A stretch of DNA of 64,000 bases, from contig JBHLNZ010000001.1 in the NCBI GenBank assembly GCA_048941015.1, positions 32,001-96,000 on the forward strand. The letters run 5' to 3'. Below, in pieces: positions 10,810 to 17,825 of the stretch; position 1 is the first letter of the stretch, and each line of letters opens with the position of its first letter. The stretch comes from Promethearchaeota archaeon. GTDB lineage: Archaea; Asgardarchaeota; Lokiarchaeia; Sigyniarchaeales; SOKP01. A program made the position numbers and the translations under genes. A model generated the notes under the pieces. The model was not told the origin of the DNA, did no database searches, and worked only from the letters and a program-made list of their open reading frames with translations.

Positions 10810-11472
10810 TTAGAATGTGAAAATCACGTCAAAGGGAAATTTATCAAAATTTTTTTCTAAGGTTCTTTTAAATCCCTCTGAAATTGGCTCAAATCCTTTT
10901 CCAATATAATTTCCAATTGAAATATAATCAGGTTTTATGTCTAAAAGAAAATTCTTTAAACTTTTTAAGTTATCAACATTATCATTAATCCCCCTAAAAA
11001 ACATTATATAAATTCCTAAATGACCTTTGTAAGTCCTCTTGAATCTGACCATCCCGTCTAATAACTCTTCTAAACTTAAATCAACACAACAAGGATTCAC
11101 CCTTCCAAAATTTGAAGGCTCGATACTATTAATATTAACTGCTATGAAATCACATTCTAACAATCCTTTTTGCGCTAATTTATTACATAATATGGAGCAA
11201 TTTACATACGTCCCAATTTTTTGATTTGGGTGAGCTTTCTTAATAAGATTGATTAAAAATTTTAATCCATGGAATATATATTGATCATTTGGAATTCTCA
11301 ACCATATATAGTCAGGACTTCCATTTTGGAATAAAAAATGATTTACTTCTCCAATGATTTCCTCGGTAGGAAAATCTTTTACTGAGATTGACTTCAGCGA
11401 ATCAAAATGAATTGGCATTATTATACCAAATCGCTTGTCATGCTGAATTTCATTAATATATTTATATTCCAT
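10810..11472 (-). CDS. Degenerate radical-SAM-like barrel protein lacking CxxxCxxC
   Basis: YVNCSIL, FGRVNP, MFFRGINDN, IKPDYI resemble the C-terminal part of small Fe-S oxidoreductase radical SAM proteins; no cluster motif. Confidence 0.5.
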   Translation of the reverse strand: MEYKYINEIQHDKRFGIIMPIHFDSLKSISVKDFPTEEIIGEVNHFLFQNGSPDYIWLRIPNDQYIFHGLKFLINLIKKAHPNQKIGTYVNCSILCNKLAQKGLLECDFIAVNINSIEPSNFGRVNPCCVDLSLEELLDGMVRFKRTYKGHLGIYIMFFRGINDNVDNLKSLKNFLLDIKPDYISIGNYIGKGFEPISEGFKRTLEKNFDKFPFDVIFTF

Positions 11473-11512
11473 TTACTTTTCCTAAATAAAAATATAATTT
11501 TGTTTAATATCT

Positions 11513-14449
11513 CTAATCCTCGCTTACATCTTTAAAAAGTAGTCTTTCTGAAGGCAATTTCTTAGATTTTATCTTATCTATCCTTTCAAAACATTGTTTT
11601 GCTTTCTCATCATTACCTAGTGCCTGATAAGTTCTTCCCAGCTTTCTATATGTATCAAATACATACCATCCTGTAGGATTTAATTCTAAAGCCGTCTTGA
11701 ATTCTTTGATTGCTTCTTCATATCGCCTAGCCCACATTAAAACTTCTCCATACGTATCGTGATAATTACCAACATCTTGACCAATAGTAACTAACTTTTT
11801 ACCTGTTTCTAATGCTTCCTCTATTCTATTAAGCCTTCCTAAGAAAATTGTTTTATTATTAAGCATATCAAATTCATCGGGGTACTTATCGAGTGCAGTT
11901 TCACAAACTTCCAATCCTAAATCATCCTCACTAATCTCATATGCAATTAAGGATTTAAGTTTAAGAAGAGTTATCTCTTCCTTAGGAAATTCCAATATTA
12001 GTTTATCTAGTAGCATTAAAGATTCATTTGGTTGTTCGGATGAAAAAAGAAGCCAACATTTGTGCCTTTTGTAATCTAGAAGTATAGGTACTAATTCAAT
12101 CGCTTTATCGATCGCTTTTATTGATTCTTCATGCATTCCTATTTGTTCCATTACCATTGATTTTAGGTCATAATATCTCGCTTGATTTAGCTTATTTTGA
12201 TCCAATGATATAGTCATATCAATCTCGGTAAGAAATTTATCTGGTTTTATTTGTGCTTCACTGAAATTGTAGATAAGATCGTAACCATTAACTAAAGCTC
12301 CTGCTAAAGTTGCGATCGGATGATTTGAATGGCGATCTTGAACAGATCTAGCTACTTCTAAGGCTTTATTGAACTTCCCTTGCGTTAAATAAGAATAAAT
12401 TAAGATGAATGATACGGAAGTCTCCAATTTCGGATTCTTATCAAAAAGATTAATAATAATATCTTTTTTTATTATTCTCTTTGCCTCTTTATACCTATGG
12501 ATTATGCTGAGTAAAATTGCTTTTAGAATATAAAACTGTTTATCCTTAGGATTTAATTTGATTATTTTATCTATTAGTTCAAAATCTTCTTCATGAGATA
12601 TAACGCAACATTTCCTATTATACATTATAAAAATAATTTTTGTTTTTAATGCTAAAAGATTCTGTGAATCGCTTTTTAATATATTATCAACAATTTTAAC
12701 TGCTTTTTCATAATCGCCTTTATAAAGCAAGATATATGCTTTTTCGCATAATAATGAGGGATTACTTGCTATTTCCAAGCCTTCATCAATAATATAATCC
12801 GCCTCATCAAATTCTAATAAATAAAACAACGTAATTGATTTCAAAAGATAACCAATATACACTTCAGGATATTTCCTAATAAGTTCTTCTGATAATCTAA
12901 TTGCCTCTATTAAATCAAAAGAATTTGTTGCTACAAGATCTCTTACGATTAAATCTTCTAAATCATTAAACTTCTCTTTATTTTTATTATAAACAGATTT
13001 AATTTTCGATTTTTTACCCTTTAAGAGTAATTCATTTATTTCGTCAAAAATGTCTGCATTTTCATGATTATATAATTTCTTGAATTCAATGGTTGTCAAA
13101 AAATCTGATTTGGTTAATTGCATCACATCTAATGCTTTAAAAATTGAATCATCTATACTATAGTAATATTCATCTTCCATTGATTCTTGTTTTATTATCG
13201 AAGGTTCAAATGATTGAAACTCCTCAAATATATTCTGCCATATAAACCCTTCTCTTTTAGCATCATCTGAAATTAATTTCTTTTCTGTTCCAATTTTATA
13301 AGCGAGATATTTAATATATTCGGGTAAAAATTTTCGCAATGAATCTTTTAATTCATTAACAAAAATATTTTCACATATTTCATTAATAATGTTGTTTAAA
13401 AGGCTAGAAACATTAAATCTTGAACTTATTTCTCTCTCATAACCTGCTAATTTATTTAAGTATGTATATTTTGTAATATAATCATCAATAATTGCTCTTA
13501 ATATACGTTCTAACTTTTCATTTGCTTGAAAATAAAATTCTTTATCAGGAAATACGTCTAATCTGAAAAATTTCACAGGGTACAAATCCTCATCTACTAT
13601 TTTCTCGATAAAGAAATCAAGGGTAGTTTGTTTAATATTATACTTCTTTGCAAACGCCTGAGGAGAAACATACTCTGGATATTGATCTGGATGATTAATT
13701 GAAAGAAATAATAAGATCTTATTGAAATCCTCCTCTTCTTCTAACATATTTTCTACTTTTGAATAACTCATCTTTAGAGTATTGTTTAAAAATCGAAATT
13801 TGATATTATCATCTATAATGTCATATTTATCGTAGAAATCATTTGTATACATGGTTATTTCTTCTATTCGCTTGCTTTCCTCCTCCAAAATTGATTGGCG
13901 ATCTAGATCATAGGTTTTCAGCATCCTAAAGTACTCTACTTTACCAGTAGAAGTTATATAATATTCTTTATTCTCGTTCTTAATGAAACCCTTATCAATC
14001 AAAAAATTTTTACTCTTGGATAATGAGGATTGATTAATACCTAATGGTGGCTCTCGAAAATCGGACCATTTGCAGGATTCATTATTATATAACATCCATA
14101 AAATCCAATGATCATAATTCCTCTTTCTCAAAATTGCTTTTGGAGGATATACTAATTTCGGTCTTCCCAATTCCTCATCATAGGAAATCTCATTAAAATG
14201 GGATCTACCTTCAGTTGTTATCCTATAATGTCCCCTTTTAAATCTATCAATATAATCTTTATTAATTAGATCATTGATATAATTTGAAAGAGTTGATTCA
14301 CTGATCTCTGATTCTTCTGTAAAATCCCGCCATTCGCAATATTCATTATTAGAAAGCATCCAAAGAATTATATATTCATAATTTGGATTTGTTCCAGGAG
14401 GAGATAATATCTCTTTTGGGGGTAAAATTAAATTTTTTGAGCTGCTCAT
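11513..14449 (-). CDS. Tandem winged-helix + TPR-repeat protein (putative transcriptional regulator / peptide receptor), copy 1
   Basis: Two internal repeats NY(E/D)x(I/W)ILWMLxNNExCxWxDF..S(T/S)LS..L..K..I....Y.IT..G; C-terminal TPRs (e.g. YHDTYGEVLMWARRYEEAIKEFKTALELNP); paralog at 45186-47681. Confidence 0.85.
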   Translation of the reverse strand: MSSSKNLILPPKEILSPPGTNPNYEYIILWMLSNNEYCEWRDFTEESEISESTLSNYINDLINKDYIDRFKRGHYRITTEGRSHFNEISYDEELGRPKLVYPPKAILRKRNYDHWILWMLYNNESCKWSDFREPPLGINQSSLSKSKNFLIDKGFIKNENKEYYITSTGKVEYFRMLKTYDLDRQSILEEESKRIEEITMYTNDFYDKYDIIDDNIKFRFLNNTLKMSYSKVENMLEEEEDFNKILLFLSINHPDQYPEYVSPQAFAKKYNIKQTTLDFFIEKIVDEDLYPVKFFRLDVFPDKEFYFQANEKLERILRAIIDDYITKYTYLNKLAGYEREISSRFNVSSLLNNIINEICENIFVNELKDSLRKFLPEYIKYLAYKIGTEKKLISDDAKREGFIWQNIFEEFQSFEPSIIKQESMEDEYYYSIDDSIFKALDVMQLTKSDFLTTIEFKKLYNHENADIFDEINELLLKGKKSKIKSVYNKNKEKFNDLEDLIVRDLVATNSFDLIEAIRLSEELIRKYPEVYIGYLLKSITLFYLLEFDEADYIIDEGLEIASNPSLLCEKAYILLYKGDYEKAVKIVDNILKSDSQNLLALKTKIIFIMYNRKCCVISHEEDFELIDKIIKLNPKDKQFYILKAILLSIIHRYKEAKRIIKKDIIINLFDKNPKLETSVSFILIYSYLTQGKFNKALEVARSVQDRHSNHPIATLAGALVNGYDLIYNFSEAQIKPDKFLTEIDMTISLDQNKLNQARYYDLKSMVMEQIGMHEESIKAIDKAIELVPILLDYKRHKCWLLFSSEQPNESLMLLDKLILEFPKEEITLLKLKSLIAYEISEDDLGLEVCETALDKYPDEFDMLNNKTIFLGRLNRIEEALETGKKLVTIGQDVGNYHDTYGEVLMWARRYEEAIKEFKTALELNPTGWYVFDTYRKLGRTYQALGNDEKAKQCFERIDKIKSKKLPSERLLFKDVSED

Positions 14450-14497
14450 TTTTTAAAATTCCTCTTGTAACTTCATTTAACTCCTATAATAACGTAT

Positions 14498-14596
14498 AGT
14501 TCGAAGTTATATTTATACTTTACACTTCGAAATAAAGTATGAACCATTGCCGAAGTTCAAACTTCACTGCGAAGTTCGAAGTACAAACCTATAAAT
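14498..14596. promoter_or_regulatory. Divergent promoter region with repeated GAAGT/ACTTC operator-like sites and TATA box
   Basis: AGTTCGAAGT at 14498 and 14573, ACTTCGAA 14524, palindrome GAAGTTcaAACTTC 14552-14565, TATAAAT 14590-14596. Confidence 0.6.
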
Positions 14597-14678
14597 GAAT
14601 TATTATCCTAATAAAAATTAATAACAAAAAAGAAAAAACGAGAAAGAAACACAAAAAAAAGTTAAGAGGTTATAAAAA

Positions 14679-14918
14679 ATGGCACAAGTAGAATTAAGAA
14701 AAGTTGAGCCAAAAAAATGTGTTGATATAGAATTAATAAAATTAGATGAACTCCCTGTTCCCGAAGTCATAGAAGAAAAGGAAGAGGAGATTATAAAGAA
14801 AAAAGGATTGAAAGGCATTATAAATAAATTTCGTAATCATGCCAAATATCATGAAGAATTCATAAATATTGAAAAAGTTAAACGTCAATTAATTTATAGG
14901 AACTTTGGAGTTAATTAA
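14679..14918 (+). CDS. Small protein (79 aa), CVDIE...YRNFG family, copy 1
   Basis: GAGGT at 14666-14670; shares CVDIE and NIxxVKxQxxYRNFG with 47857-48132. Confidence 0.85.
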   Translation: MAQVELRKVEPKKCVDIELIKLDELPVPEVIEEKEEEIIKKKGLKGIINKFRNHAKYHEEFINIEKVKRQLIYRNFGVN

Positions 14919-14960
14919 AATTTTTTCAAGTAAGATTATGTTAAAAATTGATGATAAAAA

Positions 14961-15044
14961 ATGAGTTTAAAAGAAAAAATAAAGGTATGGGTTTGTAGAC
15001 ACTTCTGTTCTGCGTCATGCCGAGCGGAAATCTGCGCTGAATGA
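14961..15044 (+). CDS. 27-aa Cys-rich peptide MSLKEKIKVWVCRHFCSASCRAEICAE
   Basis: Manual translation; inside the small-ORF operon; GC-rich relative to flanks; Cx3Cx3Cx4C. Confidence 0.55.
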   Translation: MSLKEKIKVWVCRHFCSASCRAEICAE

Positions 15045-15082
15045 AATTATAATTAAAATAAAAAAAAAGAGGTACAAAAAAA

Positions 15083-15148
15083 ATGGCAAGAAAAGAAAGA
15101 TTGATAATAATTAGAAATGATGAGTTTAACTCGAGATATTTTAGATAA
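15083..15148 (+). CDS. 21-aa peptide MARKERLIIIRNDEFNSRYFR (conserved peptide family)
   Basis: GAGGT at 15069-15073; ungapped similarity to peptides at 15206 and 48177. Confidence 0.8.
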   Translation: MARKERLIIIRNDEFNSRYFR

Positions 15149-15205
15149 TTAATTTCAAAATATAAAAATATATTCAAAATAAAAATTAAAAAGAGGTAGA
15201 AGGAA

Positions 15206-15274
15206 ATGAACGAGAAAAAAAGAATAATTGTGTTAAAAAACGCGAGCTATAACGTAAAATATTTCAAATGGTAA
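15206..15274 (+). CDS. 22-aa peptide MNEKKRIIVLKNASYNVKYFKW (conserved peptide family)
   Basis: GAGGT at 15193-15197; ungapped similarity to peptides at 15083 and 48177; followed by T-tract. Confidence 0.82.
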   Translation: MNEKKRIIVLKNASYNVKYFKW

Positions 15275-15285
15275 TCAAATTCACA

Positions 15286-15298
15286 TTTTTTTATTTTT
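15286..15298 (+). terminator. Oligo-T tract after the peptide operon
   Basis: TTTTTTTATTTTT; equivalent T8 tract at 48252-48259 in copy 2. Confidence 0.4.
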
Positions 15299-15317
15299 AA
15301 GACGTATTAAACAAATC

Positions 15318-15406
15318 CTCCAATTTGTTTGAAGCTTTCCGTACAATCACTTAATAGGATGATACCCACGCACCTGGGCAGACGAGTGCTCAGGTGCATT
15401 CCATCC
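15318..15406 (+). ncRNA. Conserved structured non-coding element, copy 1 (function unknown)
   Basis: 54/64 nt ungapped identity to 48283-48346; stem GCACCTGGGCA/TGCTCAGGTGC with a G-U pair; outer GGATG/CATCC. Confidence 0.6.
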
Positions 15407-15652
15407 ATCAACAATTAATGCAACCATAATTTCATAAAATTCTGATCATTTATGACTCCTGCAGCCGTCTTCTTTGTTGGAATAATCATCCCAAATCTGT
15501 TAATAGTCTTAATAGATGGGTTTGGTGGAGTCATCTTTTAAAATAAACATAAATTTTTTAGAGTTGTTTTTTCCTTTTTTCGATTTTTTTTTTAAATATA
15601 TACGATAAAACCAGACTATATTTCCTGAACTATTTATTAAAGGTTAATTAAG

Positions 15653-17095
15653 TTGAATACTTCAGAATTGTATGAGCTTTTTAGGCACACTCAAAAAATA
15701 AGTGAAGATTTTAAAGTCAATTTGAAGAAAAAAAAGACATTTCAAACGCTTTTTTTCCTCTATTTCATGATATATGTTTTTATAGGTATTTTACCTGCGA
15801 ATATTGATAATTTACTTATTACACTTCCTCAAACTACTAAGATGGGTATTGGGATCATAATTACAAGTAGTCTTTTTACAGGTATAATTAGTGTATTAAT
15901 ATTTGGTTATGTTGGTGATAAATTATCCTACAAAGCTTCACGTAAAAAGCTTTTTATTGTTACAAACTTGTTATGGATAATTGGATATGGCCTCTTTTCA
16001 TTATCGTTAAACTATATCTCTTTATTGATTTTAACCGTTATAGCTGCTATAGGCACTGGAGCATTTTTACCTATAGGTTTTTCATTTATAAGTGATTTAT
16101 TTCCTTCAGATAAACGGGGTAGTAAATTCGGGACAATGCAATTTGGAATGATTGTAGGTAATGGTACTGGAATCATTTTTGGAGCAATTTTAGGGACTCT
16201 TTTAAACTTTAATGGTTGGAGACTTGCATATGGAATAAGCTTTTTCCTTGGTGTAATTGCTATTTTAATGTATGTAAGTAAAGCGCAAGCTCCTATTCGT
16301 AAAAGGACAGAACCAGAATTAGCAAATTTTAATGTCGACTATAATTATAAAATTACGTTTGCCTCTATTTTTCAATTATTTCGTATAAAATCAATTATGG
16401 CAATCTTCCTTGCTGTTTTCTGTTCAGGGATAGCGCTATCCACACTTGGAAACTGGGCTATATTCTACTTATCCATAAAAATTTCCAGTTCAAATGCAGA
16501 GGGTTTAGCTACAGTTATTTATCTTTTGGTAGGATTAGGAGCCCTTCCTGGAACGATCATCGGAGGCAAAATGGGAGATTCTTCTTTGCGTCAGGGAAAA
16601 ATTAGAGGGCGAATCGTAATCTCAATAACTGGTCTTATTTCTGGAGTTTCATTAATGATGATTTTTTATATTTTTCCCTTTTTCACATACCATTCTATAT
16701 TCGTATTGATTTTCTGGATTATTTTTATTACTCTGGGTTTTATAGGATATTGCTTTTCTTATTTTTCTATGGGAAATCAATTTGCAATATATTCAGAAGT
16801 GTGTATTCCTGAGCTAAGGAGTACTGCCAATGCCATCAATGGACTAATGTTAAATATCGGAGGGATAATGGGTAACCTCATAATCTCTTCTCTTATTCAA
16901 AGCAATCTCGGTTTATTACCTTTTGCTATATTTTCAGTGTTAGCAATTTGGTTGTTTGGTTCCTTTTTATGGTTTATTGCTTACTCACAATATCCTAAAG
17001 ATGTCCTTAATCGAAGAAATGTTTTATTAGGAAGAAGAGAAGTGTTAAATCAGCAAATAAAGTCCCCTAAGCTTCATGAAGTTCTTAGAGCTTAA
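15653..17095 (+). CDS. MFS transporter
   Basis: FGYVGDK..RKK, SDLFPSDKRG, ~12 TM. Confidence 0.85.
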   Translation: MNTSELYELFRHTQKISEDFKVNLKKKKTFQTLFFLYFMIYVFIGILPANIDNLLITLPQTTKMGIGIIITSSLFTGIISVLIFGYVGDKLSYKASRKKLFIVTNLLWIIGYGLFSLSLNYISLLILTVIAAIGTGAFLPIGFSFISDLFPSDKRGSKFGTMQFGMIVGNGTGIIFGAILGTLLNFNGWRLAYGISFFLGVIAILMYVSKAQAPIRKRTEPELANFNVDYNYKITFASIFQLFRIKSIMAIFLAVFCSGIALSTLGNWAIFYLSIKISSSNAEGLATVIYLLVGLGALPGTIIGGKMGDSSLRQGKIRGRIVISITGLISGVSLMMIFYIFPFFTYHSIFVLIFWIIFITLGFIGYCFSYFSMGNQFAIYSEVCIPELRSTANAINGLMLNIGGIMGNLIISSLIQSNLGLLPFAIFSVLAIWLFGSFLWFIAYSQYPKDVLNRRNVLLGRREVLNQQIKSPKLHEVLRA

Positions 17096-17252
17096 AAAAG
17101 TTGCTATATATCAATCGAAAATGTCATTTAATTCTAATTTTACCTTTTTTTTCTTTTAAAATGACTCACCTATTTGATAAATAACTGATATTTGCAGATC
17201 AGAAGCGATTTTAAATACACTAATTAGTTTACTATATTGAGTTAATTATTTT

Positions 17253-17624
17253 TTAATCTCCTGTTGGAATTATAGTGCTCTTTTCTATCAATAAAATTGA
17301 AGTACGGGTAGGAGCTCTAGTACGATGTGTTACGCCCTTTGGAACTGTAAACCCTTGATTTTTCTTTAGTTCAATCAGTTTTTCTTCTAAATCAATTAAA
17401 AGGAGTCCATCGATAACGAAAAAAAATTCATCTTCTTTTTCATGTTTGTGCCAATGAAATTCTCCCTCGATGACGGCAAGTCTGACAACAGAATCATTAA
17501 CTTCACAAAGCGATAAATTCTGCCATTTTTTCTTACAACCTACGATTAATTTTGGTATGTCAATAACTTCTAATGGCATAAATTTTATTTGAAGATCGAT
17601 TGAATATTTATTATTTTCACTCAT
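17253..17624 (-). CDS. Cupin-domain protein
   Basis: GEFHWHKHEKEDEFF, VPKGVTHR. Confidence 0.88.
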   Translation of the reverse strand: MSENNKYSIDLQIKFMPLEVIDIPKLIVGCKKKWQNLSLCEVNDSVVRLAVIEGEFHWHKHEKEDEFFFVIDGLLLIDLEEKLIELKKNQGFTVPKGVTHRTRAPTRTSILLIEKSTIIPTGD

Positions 17625-17825
17625 TTATTATCCCTCTTGTTAAAGAGTAATTCATTTTAAAATTAATGATTAATCACAATATCTGTCAATAATTTATTAA
17701 AAGTATAACTATTTTCGAAAAGTTTCCCTTAATCTTTTTAAAAAAAGTATATAACAAAAATCATACTATTAGAGTCGATAAAAATTGATAAAGTTATTAA
17801 ATGTAAATTTTTTTCCTTTTCATCC

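Noticed and set aside
14498-14583. Repeated GAAGTTCGAAGT-like units as a mini CRISPR array
   Set aside because: Units are short, irregularly spaced and in mixed orientation, with no cas genes in the window; better read as operators
14941-15177. 78-aa minus-strand ORF (also 14618-14818 and 47829-48065)
   Set aside because: Phe/Leu-rich antisense shadows of A-rich plus-strand small genes that have RBSs and homologs
15308-15409. Minus-strand ORF through the conserved element (MDGMHLSTRLPRCVGIILLSDCTESFKQIGGFV)
   Set aside because: The equivalent frame in copy 2 has an upstream TAA and no matching ATG; changes are mostly non-synonymous; conserved base-pairing explains the similarity better
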